Assembly (NCBI GenBank): GCA_010093705.1
Contig: MU006103.1
Location: 62,001 to 126,000 of the forward strand
Length of the DNA stretch: 64,000 bases
From: Patellaria atrata CBS 101060
Taxonomy: Eukaryota
Direction: 5' to 3'
This document shows positions 36,764 to 48,783 of this stretch, in pieces. The notes under the pieces were generated by a model, which made no database searches, had not been told where the DNA came from, and saw only the letters and a program-made list of their open reading frames with translations. The stretch's first letter is position 1, and every line of letters begins with the position of its first letter. The position numbers were made by a program, and so were the translations under genes.

Positions 36764-37077
36764 CAGATTCACCCCCACTACGATAATGAATCCTCTTACG
36801 GTAACGGTTTTTACTACTGGACTTGACATTGGCGTTAGAAAATAATATGGAGGACTGAGACACTGGAGCGGGCTCATGGAGTTATTAGAGGTTGGTGCTT
36901 ACATTAATCTATGCTATATTATATATGTATATACCCGAACACCTATGGTATCTCTTTGAATATGTCAACCCGGTAAACACCCCCATGACCGTCATGAACC
37001 GATGCACAAATGGTCTATATATCTAGCTCTATGCATCACTTAGCCACTCAGTCCATTACGGCTCCGTCTTTCTCCTT

Positions 37078-38898
37078 CTATTTCTTCTCTCCACCTTCCT
37101 CATCCCTCTCTTTCACCTCATGCTTGAAGCCTTGTTCGGTCTCCAAAGCCCTATCCAACGCCAACCCCTCCACAAACAGATTAGCCACCATAACCAGCCC
37201 CGCCAAAACAGCCATGACGATCCACACATATCTCAAGCCATCCGTATAGCTGACGCGCAAATCATGCTTGAACTGCCCTTCCGGCATCTGCTTCAAGATC
37301 TGCACCAACCCGCTCGCATCCCTCGAGTACTCGCTCGCGAACGGCGCGAGCTGCGGAAACGCGAGCATCTTCCGCCTCATCTGGTTCTGGAAGATGACGC
37401 CGCCGATAGCGACGCCGACGGTCTGTCCGAAGGCCCGCACGAACGAGAACATGTTCACGGCGTACGCTTGGTCCGCGTTCGAGGAGGCGGCCTGGATCGC
37501 CAGACTCATGGCTGGGAACAGGATCCCGGTCCCCAAGCCCGAGACGAGGTTGATGAAGACCCAGGCGGGGGTTGAGGTGGAGGTTTTGAGGTAGGTCAGT
37601 AGTCCGAGGCCGAAGACGGTCAGGAACCAGCCGCTCCACAGCGCCCAGCGGTAACGGCCGGTGATGGCAATGGCGGCGCCAGTGATGGTGGCGGCTGGGG
37701 CGACGGTGAAGGTTTGAGGAAAGAGGGAGACGCCGGCGAGGATGGGGGTATAGCCTTTTACCGCTTCGTAGTAGAGGGGGAGGTAGTAGAGGACGCACCA
37801 GAGGATTAGGCCGTGGATGAAGGAGGCGCTGAAGTTGATGTTTGCGGTTCGGTTGGAGAAGACGGAGAGCCGGATTAGGGGCTCCGACGCGAGTTTAGCT
37901 TCGTAGAGGACGAAGAGGAGCATGCCGATACTGCAAAGGATTAGGGGGACGAGGGTTCGCCAGGATGACCAGGCGTATTGAACACCACCCCAGGTGATGG
38001 GGATGAGGAAGCCGGTCGAAGAGGAGAGGAAGAGCACCATGCCGAGCCAGTCGACGCGCCGTAGTTTGGCGAGGAAGGAACTGGTTTGCTGGTGTAGGTT
38101 TAGGAAGAGGATTATCATCGCTAGCCCGATGCCGATGAAGGGGAGGTTGATCCAGAAGATCCAGCGCCAGGTTACGTTTTGGGAGAAACCACCACCTGTT
38201 TTGAGGTAAGCCTGGTCACGAAACGGAGGGGATATATTGTTGGGATAAGGGGGAATTTACCTAATAGCGGCCCCGTAACCGTTCCGATGGCCCACATGCT
38301 ACTCAGGAAACTGAACCACTTCCCGCGCTCGCGCAGGGGCACCATATCCGTGACTGTCATTTCGGTCAGGCAGATGATACCGCCGCCGCCGATACCCTGG
38401 ACGCTGCGGCCGACGAGGATGACGGTGAAGTTGTCGGCCACGGCGGCGACGATGACGCCGGCGCCGAAGAGCGCCAGGCTGATGTAGATCAGCAGCTTGC
38501 GGCCGAAGATGTGGCTGAAGGAGCCGATTATCGGTTGGAAGACGGTCGAGGTGAGGAGGAAGGAGGTCCCGGCCCAGAAGGCTTCGATTGCGGAGCCGTT
38601 GAGGAGACGGGCCATTATCTGCGGTGTGTGAGTTTGTGGTGTTTATAAGGGGAAGGGGTTAGAGACGTACTGGAAGCGCTACGGAGATCGATGTAGCGTC
38701 TAGTGCTGCCATCAATGTGATGGTGGAGAGGGAGGCGAAGGCGAGGTAGAACCTCCACCCTGGATTGAAGCCTGAGGTCTGCTTTCCGGTCTGTGATATG
38801 GTTGACGATTGATCGGATGTGATGACTTTTTCCTCTACTGGTGGTGGCGCTCTGTTACTTCTTGTCCGAGCTAATGTTATATCTGGAGACTGTTCCAT
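37078..38898 (-). CDS. MFS drug:H+ antiporter-like transporter (DHA2 type)
   Basis: Exons 38898-38671, 38618-38261, 38195-37078. Motifs LMAALDATSISVALP, SHIFGRK, GRSVQGIGGGG, VPLRERGKW, WRWIFWINLP. Confidence 0.95.
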
Positions 38899-40785
38899 GG
38901 TGGATCTCTTTTGCTTGACCAAACGAAATATTATTCCAGAAGACTATTTCAAGTAGAGGGTATGAGAGTTTGAATAGAGAAGTTAAGGGGCTAATGTTTG
39001 TGCTCTTCCCAAACAGTTTGCCCAACACTTTTTTGATTTACCAACATAAAAATCATCTCGATGCACCTTACCATAAGGTTATTTTATATCCTTCCCATCG
39101 GGTTCCCAAACCGATAATCGGTGGAACTCGCAGACAAGCGCCGTTAGAGCACTCTCTAATCTGCGTGGTCATCCTTAGGCTCCTCCCCTTCAAGGCACGC
39201 GATGGAAGCCTATTCGTCCTTTTACACAGGATACCTACTTTCTGCCATATAGAAGTCGAAGTTTGAATCGGCTTCGGCTGGATTGAGCTGGTAGCCGTGC
39301 ATCGATTGACCATTTGGGGAATGGTTGCGATCAACCGAGGAGTCGGCCTGATGGTTCCTCCGCTCCTCTTCACCTCTGGTCTTTGACTTCACGGCTTTGA
39401 TTATAAAGCTGAAGGGACGTTGTGATATTGCGCCGACGCATAGGGATGCAGTTTTGCTTCCATACCGAGATGTGATGAGGAGAATAATCAACCTTCTGTG
39501 ACAACGCGAGGGTTGGGGAGCTGGCGATTTGGCAACACTATTCCAGACCGCATGTTCGATACGGCGTGGGCTTTGAGGACCCCTTAGACCTGAATGTTAC
39601 GGCCGGATCTACTTTTTGGTCGGTATCTAATTTCTATTTCCACCGATCTGAAGAGGAATAATAATGTATCTCCATCGGAAAAGCTCCTCATTCTCACCCG
39701 TTTCTGGTTCCTGCGTTTTGGGTACATCTACAATACTCCAGCATGTCAAGAGTAAAAACAAACGAGAGGAAATCTCTCCCCAGAGAATCGAATCAATATA
39801 AGACATCAATTCTAAGGACGGATTGAAACGGCCTCTTCTCGGCTCCCTGGATAGTCCTCGTACCTGGAACTAGAGGGAGGTGAGGGGAATCGTTAAATCT
39901 ATCCTAAGTGGGAACCGGTAGAGAATTCGTTTTTAGTTTTTTGAGCACATAGTATTTTGCTATTACAGACAAATTCTTCTGCGATAAAGTCAGTACACGT
40001 TGTGTCTGTTCGTCTCGTGTTCATTCGCTAACTGCGCCATGTGTTCAAATCTGTTGTTTTTGCCTACTGTTTCTTTCTTATCGGAATTTTGAGCTGTATA
40101 AGTCCATTATATTGTTAATGCATATTCCCACTGGATGTATAACAATATAAAGATAAATTCTCCTCTCCCGACGCTGTCTTATCTTCACGTTATTCTCATT
40201 ACTGTATCTGTCCTTCCTCACAATTTTCTCGGTAGAAGAACGCTTGCTAGAACTATAATTCGATCACTACACCGGCGATTCCAACTTTTCAACCAGTTTT
40301 CATATTGTGTACAATTCAAGCGTCTGTATAAATGTTAAGAATGGAAGTAATAACCGATAAAGGAAATGAATATGCTATATGCCCACGTTTTTCGTGAAGA
40401 CACATAGTTTCCATTTTCCCAGTGTTTCTTTTGCAGCATTGTTTTTGAACTACGAAGTAGTAGTCTCATATTGACTGAATTTCAAATCAAAAATTTGTTC
40501 CATTGATGTTCTGGAAAATCACCGGATTTGGAAGCGCAGTGATCACTTTGTCTTTGTCTCTTATCTTATCCGGAACAACACGAACTCGCACCCACAGTTG
40601 CATACGGTGATGGAAGTTTCTTTGTTCATGCTCGCAGTTTATGACATCGTAACTTTCTTTCCAACGAATCCCCTTCTAGGGACATTTATTTTCTCCTCTC
40701 GAATTGGAACCCACGCGGACCCATCGTTCACAATTGCTCGAGACCACGAATATATCCCTGAGAAAAGAAGACATCTATCAGCGCG

Positions 40786-43215
40786 ATGAATACGACCAAA
40801 CCCCCAAGCCCGCGCAATCACACGCACACCGTCCCCTATGCACGGCGCCCCAGTCCCGGCCCAATCCCTACTCCCACCTCTCCTTCTTCCAGCCTATCCG
40901 GCATGGAGATTCCTATTCCCTCATTTAAATCATTCGTTACACAGACCAGTCGAACCCCTTCCCCACATACCCTCTATCCTCCATCTCCTCCGACCCTTCG
41001 ACCTTCTACTCCAATCCTTCGGGCGTCCCCACCACCCCAGATTACCCCTTCACCTTCTCCCAGCCTCAACAAACCACTCCCTCTCTCTCCTGTCCGGGAA
41101 AATAGTTGGCTTCCATCGCCAGTCTCGTTATCTTCCACTGTGCCAGTTTGCGAGAATAGCTGGCTCCCTTCGCCCGTCGCACCGTCCTCCGTGGCCAGCG
41201 TAGGAACCCTCATTCGAGAACTTCAGCGCAGCAGTAGCATATACAGCCGACACGCGGTGAGCAACTGGGAGGCGCCCGCGGGCTGGGACGTCGCGGGCTC
41301 AGACGGCGAAGAGGAGCGTCAGTCCGGGAGCCGACAGACGAAATCCCGCGACAAGATGCAGAGCGGAGAGCGCGGGATCAGAGATGAAAATACGGGTAGA
41401 ATTGAGGGCATAAGGGAATACTCACCCCTCATACCCTCCCCGATACCTAGTCCTCCACTACCCAGGGCACTGACGCCAGACCTCCCGCCTACCGTCTGCG
41501 CGCAGCCGGAGCGGCAGGCGCCGAGTCCTCGTGGCTCGCCGGGCGCGAGGGCGGTGTTGGTGACGCGGCAGGAGACACCGTCGCCGAGGTTTTTGACGCC
41601 GGGGGGTTGGCCTGAGCGTAAGGGAACGGGGAACAGGAAGGAGAAGCCTGATACGACGTTCAAGCTCGAGATTCCGCGAGGGGAGGGGCAATTATCGCCT
41701 CCGGTTACGCCGATGCCGTGGCGCGGTGGGAGCGGTAGTGGGGCGGGGAGTGCGAGTAGTGCGAGTCCGCCGCTTTCGAGGGGGAGGACGAGGAGTCGGC
41801 AATTTGGACCTGCGGGGGAGGGACCGGGGGAGAAGCAGCAACGGAAGATGGGGGGGCGATCCGCGAAGGCGACGCGGAAGTCTCTGTTGGGGAAGCCGGC
41901 GGCGATGGAGAGAGGGAGGTGGGAGAGTGTGGATGGGGAGTGGGTTGATGAGGAGGAAGATGTGCGTGGGGACGAGAAGGTGGAGATGAGGGATATGTTG
42001 GCGACGGGGAAGAGTTATGAGGAGTTGGTGACGGAGTATCAGGAGGCTAGTGGGCGGCATCCGGATCAGAGGGTTGAAGAGGGGGAGGAGGTTGGGATGG
42101 TACCGCAGCCGTTGTTTTGGCAGAGGGATAGTATGCTCTCGGGTCAGCTGGCGGATGATGAGGGGAGAAAGGATAATGGGATGAAAGGGGGAAAGAAGCG
42201 TAGTTTCAGCGGAGGATTCAGGAAGCATGAGAAGCCGTCTGCTATGTCTATGCCGTTGAAACTCATGTTGACGTCGGGGAATGGAAGATATTCCCCTGAT
42301 GCTTCGTTCGATGGAAAGGCTGCGACTTCTGTCAAGAGTCCAACGCGATCCGTAAGGTTTCGAGACCGATCAACATCCAGGAAGTCCTCCAAGTCCTCGA
42401 AATCCAGCAAGGAAAAGAAGAAAAGGACACCTCTTATGCCTCCGCTCACTCTACATCTTCCAAAGAAGCTTGTAGGAGCGGCAAAACCTGCGAAACCGGT
42501 CCACAAGGATGATAAGACCTCTCAGAAATCAGTCTCACTGCCTAGGCTTAAACATGCATCGCTGGGCCCACGGCTCAGAAAAACTCCAACAATAGAAGGA
42601 AGGGATTGGTCCGAACGCGGCTACGACCCGAGATTGCATCCTTCAACGATGAATTCGAATACTCCTACCACTTTATCAGTTCCACCGCTTTTATCGAATG
42701 AGCCGGTAGTATTTTCAGGTCTAATTGACAGGGCAAGCAAGATACGACCAGTGAATGTCAAGACAGACAGTGCTTCATCGGGAACTCCGTCATCGTCTTT
42801 CAGTCCCGTCACACCCGTCTCTCCGCGATCGAATCGCTCTTCGCTTCTGGCGCAGGTGGTCGAAAAGGCATGGTCGACTTCTGTTTTAGGTCATCGGAGG
42901 CATGATAGGAATGTTTCAGTAAAGAGCAATCTATCCACTAGTATAAATCAAGGAAGTAAAGTCGAAGAGAAAATGGAGGAGAACCGGCGCAAAAGAGCAT
43001 CTAGTCTCAAATCAATGCGGCCTGCTTTCCTCAGTAGGAAACTTGAGGGTCGACGGGAGCTAGAGAGGGAAAGGAGGAGGGAAGAGCTTAAGAAGAGTAT
43101 TAGATTTGTCGGACAGATAGATCCGCATGCAAGAGCGAGTTATGTCAGGGATGAAGAGCACGGTTTGAAGGCTCCGTCAAGTCCTAGGAGTCTGAAAAGT
43201 AAAGGCTGGATTTAG
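40786..43215 (+). CDS. Pro/Ser-rich low-complexity hypothetical protein (809 aa)
   Basis: Intronless ORF containing LNKPLP, RSSSIYSR and C-terminal ERRREELKKSIRFVGQIDP motifs. Confidence 0.8.
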   Translation: MNTTKPPSPRNHTHTVPYARRPSPGPIPTPTSPSSSLSGMEIPIPSFKSFVTQTSRTPSPHTLYPPSPPTLRPSTPILRASPPPQITPSPSPSLNKPLPLSPVRENSWLPSPVSLSSTVPVCENSWLPSPVAPSSVASVGTLIRELQRSSSIYSRHAVSNWEAPAGWDVAGSDGEEERQSGSRQTKSRDKMQSGERGIRDENTGRIEGIREYSPLIPSPIPSPPLPRALTPDLPPTVCAQPERQAPSPRGSPGARAVLVTRQETPSPRFLTPGGWPERKGTGNRKEKPDTTFKLEIPRGEGQLSPPVTPMPWRGGSGSGAGSASSASPPLSRGRTRSRQFGPAGEGPGEKQQRKMGGRSAKATRKSLLGKPAAMERGRWESVDGEWVDEEEDVRGDEKVEMRDMLATGKSYEELVTEYQEASGRHPDQRVEEGEEVGMVPQPLFWQRDSMLSGQLADDEGRKDNGMKGGKKRSFSGGFRKHEKPSAMSMPLKLMLTSGNGRYSPDASFDGKAATSVKSPTRSVRFRDRSTSRKSSKSSKSSKEKKKRTPLMPPLTLHLPKKLVGAAKPAKPVHKDDKTSQKSVSLPRLKHASLGPRLRKTPTIEGRDWSERGYDPRLHPSTMNSNTPTTLSVPPLLSNEPVVFSGLIDRASKIRPVNVKTDSASSGTPSSSFSPVTPVSPRSNRSSLLAQVVEKAWSTSVLGHRRHDRNVSVKSNLSTSINQGSKVEEKMEENRRKRASSLKSMRPAFLSRKLEGRRELERERRREELKKSIRFVGQIDPHARASYVRDEEHGLKAPSSPRSLKSKGWI

Positions 43216-43258
43216 ACACCACAAATCTTATTTGAGGTACTGTAGTTAGAACCCTAGC

Positions 43259-44572
43259 TCATAGAGAACCATCTAATCGACCAAAATCACCCCTGCGTAC
43301 GTTTAGTTCTCCAAGAATTTCGTTCGCCTGTTTGATGTGCTCCTCGCCAATGTCTATCTTCTCGCGAACAAAACCGTCTGTTTCTCCCCTTGCGGCTTTA
43401 TCTGCTTGCTCCCAGGCAAGTGTGCTGGTAGACCCTGGAGGTACAAGATGGCTTTCGTCCGCAAGTCGAGAGAGAGTCCGGTCTGTTGTTTTGAGTGCTG
43501 ATGCTAATTGACGACGTAGATATGATTGTTGCTGGAGGAGCGAGCGTTCGTTGCTGCTGGTCTCTAAGAGTTCGCGCAAAAAAGGTAGATACCTAGCAGT
43601 ATCGGACAATGTACTTGTGCTCTTAACAGCAGACTGAGCCACTACTGTGTCTGTTTTCGACTGGTGTACGGTCATCTCTGGTGACTTTATGGTGCATGTT
43701 TCTACGAATTGCTTCCTAGCAGAGACATAGTTGTCGTATAAGTTCTGAATTTTCTCGGTATTGATTTTAAGGCTGCCATTCTCTTGATCATGTGTAGTTC
43801 CCGGATGTTCTTCGGTCTCCTCTTCATTTATCTTTGCAAGCTCTCTTTCGATCCAATTGATGAGCTCATCTCGTGCGCAACGAAGTGCGTAGACCTTCGT
43901 CTTGACGTCCGGCTGATGCGAAGAATCTCTGGATCCTCGGACTGTATTATATGCTTCTTTGGAGTTCTCCATACATCCCTTGGCTCTCAAGACTTCCTTC
44001 TTGAGTGCGAAGATGGATTCGTCCGCGTGACCCTCTGCAGACTCTCCTTCAAGCGCTGATGCTGGAGGGAGAGGGACCTCGCCTAGCTCTTGCTTTTGAA
44101 ACTGTTTTAAATTCACCTGAGTTGGATTTGGCTCCACCTCAGTAATTTTCCGCACAGACTCCTCAATGATCTGGAGTTTCCGGTAGCATCTCCGTTGCTG
44201 TAAGAAAGAGAGATAATCATCTAGCCTGTGGTCTGGAGGATTGGAAACATTGCCATCACTCTTCTCCTGGCTAGAAAGTGCCCCAATCTGAGCTTGCAGT
44301 GCATCCCGGCGTTTTCGAGCCTCACTATTCGCCTTCAAAGCTTCGAGATATCTCTTACGAAACCCACTAGTCTCGGAGGATAACTTTTTGACTTTAAGGG
44401 ATTGGTCACACAAAAGCTCGAGATGTGAAGGAGTACCCTCAGACGAGTTTTCGAGATGTGAAGTTACATAACTTGTCAGAGCTTGCCGAATCTTCAATGT
44501 CTCCTGACGCGTGTGAATATAGGGTCCTAATCTTGATTCGACATCAGGCAGCGGGAATTCAATGGATGACAT
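43259..44572 (-). CDS. Conserved hypothetical coiled-coil protein (437 aa)
   Basis: Intronless ORF MSSIEFPLPDVESRLGPYIHTRQETLKIRQAL..; helical E/K/Q/L-rich composition. Confidence 0.85.
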   Translation of the reverse strand: MSSIEFPLPDVESRLGPYIHTRQETLKIRQALTSYVTSHLENSSEGTPSHLELLCDQSLKVKKLSSETSGFRKRYLEALKANSEARKRRDALQAQIGALSSQEKSDGNVSNPPDHRLDDYLSFLQQRRCYRKLQIIEESVRKITEVEPNPTQVNLKQFQKQELGEVPLPPASALEGESAEGHADESIFALKKEVLRAKGCMENSKEAYNTVRGSRDSSHQPDVKTKVYALRCARDELINWIERELAKINEEETEEHPGTTHDQENGSLKINTEKIQNLYDNYVSARKQFVETCTIKSPEMTVHQSKTDTVVAQSAVKSTSTLSDTARYLPFLRELLETSSNERSLLQQQSYLRRQLASALKTTDRTLSRLADESHLVPPGSTSTLAWEQADKAARGETDGFVREKIDIGEEHIKQANEILGELNVRRGDFGRLDGSL

Positions 44573-44615
44573 GTTAGTTGGCTAGTCAACGTTACGCGTC
44601 TGGTTATCGGGTCTC

Positions 44616-44862
44616 TAGAACTAGAACTAGCATTACAGCGTGTTGTTTTCACTTTGACTAGTCTAGCATTAGATGTGATAGAACTAGAATAGACACTTAT
44701 TAGAGGACTGGAATGTGGACTTTGAATTTTCAGTTTCGGTAACTTCAAATGTTTGAATCGATTAGTTAGCAAAACAACCACAGAACGCGGTATCCGTGCT
44801 CACCGCGTTTTCCAAAACGCGTTTGGTGCGTTTTGAAAACTCCAGCAGTAGTTCTAGTTCTA
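44616..44862. repeat. 247-bp segment bounded by a perfect 14-bp inverted repeat (MITE-like)
   Basis: TAGAACTAGAACTA at 44616-44629 and TAGTTCTAGTTCTA at 44849-44862, plus inner GTTTTCA (44645) / TGAAAAC (44834). Confidence 0.5.
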
Positions 44863-47800
44863 AACCTAGAAATGTCTCATCCAAACTTTCTTTCAACAAC
44901 GTCTCAGTCTCCAAGCCGATAATCAGACACCGCGATCGCAGATATGTATCTTCTGCGTCCTAATCTGATAAACTGTTCAGGGAGCCATATCAGGCAAACG
45001 ACACTGCGACCCAGCTACTACATCATTTTTCACCGGAATTCTTCCAATCCTACCATGGAAGTATGAAGACCATCTAATATAACAACCGGACCTTCTCCCG
45101 AAAATAAGATAATAATGCAAATCATCTGTGGCATATAGCGAATGGGGCTTGCGCACGTAATCAGATCATAATAAAGAAAAGATTTATGATATTGGTGATG
45201 GGAGAATTCTGAATACACGTAAAGACGATCAAATTCTACGTAAGATGGACAATGAGTAGAGGATTCCATATATGGTCAAGATAAGACCGATGGAGGGGCT
45301 AAGTCCAAGTCAAGAGAGGGAACTGGATCCAATCCTACTACCATGCATATTCTGTCAGAGTATAGCAGGATGTCGTCTCAGAATAGGGCCGAGCAACTCC
45401 TTGAGTGCGAAGTAAAAGTAAAGATTCTGGTTTTAGAAGGAGATGGTATAATTCTATCAGAGGCTGAGTCGCATGCTTTTAACCATGTCTCCCGGATCCC
45501 ACATGCGCACCAATATCCAATTTAGCGGGTCCAAAAGGTCATCTGCCTGCATGATGCAACGATGCTGGTTAGCATTCTGTAACTCTTTCCTTAGTTAGTT
45601 TGTATCCCTTCACCTGGCGCCCGCTTAGATATAGTATTTTGCAAGAACTCCAGCCACGTTCGTTTGGGGATGTTTCCTTGCACTACCCTTATCTCCTAGA
45701 ACGGTTAACCTTTACTCGGACGGACCGAGAGAACATAATGAGCGGTAGCTTACCGTGCAACGTCATGACGTGCTCCTCGTACTCTTCAAAACTCGACCTA
45801 GCGGCTAGACGAACTGTATACCGAAATGTTTGCACCCTAGACGTAGCTCTCGTCACCGTCCGCGTGGAATCTACTTTTCAGCTCATGGGCAGCGTTCGAA
45901 TCGTCAGAGGTCACAGCGCACTGTCGGCCGTTTGTTTGGAGTCTAAATGCGTCATAGCGCAAAGTCCAGACCAGATGCAAGCGCTGCTCGTCGCCTTATT
46001 ATACCAAAGAGCGCGACGTGGCTGTCCCTTGGAAAATCCGTACTAAGTCGTAGTAGGGATATCTGGCCTAGGTCTTTCAGCTTGGTACATTATCATTATT
46101 GCAGGTTGAGGTTGTAGACATGGGTACTTCTCGAAGCATGAAGCCCCTTCTCGAGGGTGATTTGGTGGGGTTTGCAGCCCTGAAGCGTCATCTTTTGTAA
46201 CGTCTTGCCGGGTATTTACATCTAATGGATCTGTAAGTTTACCTAGCTAAATCTACACGTGACTGATGCACTGTAGGTTACTTCAGCTTCAAGGTTGTCA
46301 TCACTTGGTAGTGATGAGCATCCAGTCATTTTGGCTCGTTAACTGCTTTCTCGTCTAGGTTAATCCGCCTGGTTTAATGTTAATCTCTCAAGTCTTCTAA
46401 AAGGAAACTCGTTTCTCCTTTACTTTTGTTTCGCGCGTAAAATTCTACGAGGCTTTCAGGAGACAATTTTCCGTGATATTACTCTCGAAGTACATTGAAG
46501 GTATTTTCTACCATTTTCCGTTAGTAGAACTGTAAGCTTCGCAAAACCCCTAAGAATCTCCCAGGAGCGGAACATCCATGGGAGAAGCCCTGCGATCCGA
46601 AATCCATAGTGAGAAACTGTGTTCCTGCGTATGCCTCATCGACAACAATTCAGATACCGGCAAGTTTTTGATGAGTGCGTAGCCCCGCCCGCAAACTGCT
46701 TAGTCAGTACATATTGTGCTAAAACTCAGCCACCAGCGGTTCATCGCATTCTCTAACATGGTTTAAGTTCGGTAATGGTAACGTGAATGGTATTACCGCA
46801 TATCCCATTGGATAAAAAGAAGCTGAGTACATCAGCGGAATATTAATATTTCTATACTTCAAGCATACAGCATGAGCTGGCTGGGTTCCTCTTTTGCCGC
46901 TTGTTTTAGCCGTTCGTCAACGCTCCTTGCATCCAATTCTTACCCTCGCATACATCCTCTTCTAGATCTGCGGATTAGGCGAGGACGATCTCCTGTAACG
47001 GGATGGCGGCGCATTCTCCGCTAGCAGTAATGCTCTGCGCAGGCAAATGCTAAAGTTTTCAAGCTGTACATTACCAGTTCATTGGGATCTTGGGATATGT
47101 ATGATAAGCATGGTGGTATTCAACGGTTTACAGCGATGTCTGTTACAAATCGCAGCACGGTCCCACATGACCTACCTATTTTAACGTCTAGGGAATCCCG
47201 CGTGTTGTTCGTAAAAGGGCGAAGTTACTAAATTCACCTGTGGCAAACCGATCTCTGCTAAATGATTCCAAACTATTCGCTCCCTATTGACTTCCTAATC
47301 ACCCCTTTTGTAGACATGATAAACCATAGTACCACATTACTGACGACGACAGAATATATTACACAACCCCAAATATTTACCAAATATCAACCCCTGATCA
47401 TGTTCTTGATCTTCTTTGAGTTTTAGCCTCCCTCAGTGGAGTCTAATTTCATTACTGGGCTAGTCAAACCCTTATCTTGGAGGTGAGGAATATATGAGGA
47501 ATGACATACGTGACAATGTTTTCCTTCATAAAGAGTCCGAAATCAAAACGTTCTCCCACGAGGATCATTTCTTCAATCTTACCAGTTATACATTAGAAGT
47601 TGATATCGACAGGTTCGTACTACGTTGGGTACTATATCCGTTCAATTCTTTGTTTACTTCAATAGACCAATTGAGCGCTTGTTCTAGACCAGACGGTACA
47701 GTTTTCCCACGGCGTCACGAGATTGTTCAGGTGTAGCACGCTCCTAATCCTTAAGCTTCAGCGTCGTAGATCTCCTGAGTCGGTTCTACGGCCGCCATAC

Positions 47801-48428
47801 ACAAGCGGTAGGACCAAGAGATAAAAGGGGCAGAACCATGAGCTTGAACAGTACCAATTTAGTTTCCTCCAGCATCTAGCACACCATGGGAACTAATTTC
47901 CATTCCAACCCGCTTCCGATCTCCCCGACCGGCCTCCTAGTCTTCTCTGAATTCTGTTAACCTTCTCCGTATTTTGGACCGCAACCTATTATCGGCGATG
48001 AATGGTTCAATCTGTCTCGCCCCCGATAGTGGGTTATTATAGGTCAGTTGCAGTGCGTTATCACAACCAAAATACTTCCAAGTACTCCAAAAGAACCCCA
48101 TAACTTTTCTAACCCATACTACCTCAGCTATACCTATCTAGAGATCCGGTGAAGACGTTGGTTCAGGAGATATAAACCTTCTAATGTGCACACCACTGTG
48201 TTAAAGCCTACCCCATATAATCAACGTCTCTACCTTCAAGTCTCAAGATATCGACATCAGTTTCTATACGCACGGATAGGACAGTTATTTACTTCGAGCG
48301 ATACTCTACCCCTTACAATCATTACATCTGTCAGGAGTACTAAGCACAACCCCTTTTTCACGGAAGAGACTTTGGTAAGTATCCCGAAAGATCCCAAGGG
48401 AGAAGTATTAACAGCGGAACAGACCACG

Positions 48429-48783
48429 ATGGCTAATTCGGAAGCGAACCAACCCACCGCGCCAAATAACAATGGGGCCCTACCACGCCAGTGCGACGGT
48501 ACGGCAGCGGCAGTGAACATGAGCGGGGCGTGTATGACCGCGACGCAAGACACGCCGTATGCAATTCGCCGGTACCTCGAACAAGAAGTCCATGAGGATC
48601 CCTTCGTTGGCCTCGAAGATCAGTACAAATGTCGTCTGAATGTAGGTGCTCTAATTCGGGCTTTGAGAAACATTATCGTTTCTCTGACCAACCCTATCCT
48701 TGGTATAAAAGCTAACCGGAGCTATATAGGCTCTATTCCTTTCCCTTGATAAGGCTACTGCAACCTTTAAGAAACGGGAATGA
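48429..48783 (+). CDS. Small hypothetical protein (88 aa)
   Basis: Exon 48429-48641 (MANSEANQPTAPNNNGALPRQCDG..IRRYLEQEVHEDPFVGLEDQYKCRLN), intron 48642-48729 (GTAGGT..GCTAAC..TAG), exon 48730-48783 (ALFLSLDKATATFKKRE*). Confidence 0.55.

Noticed and set aside
44900..48100. Gene-poor stretch with short ORFs, possible transposon relic
   Set aside because: No transposase, RT or integrase motifs, LTRs or clear RIP-like AT enrichment seen.
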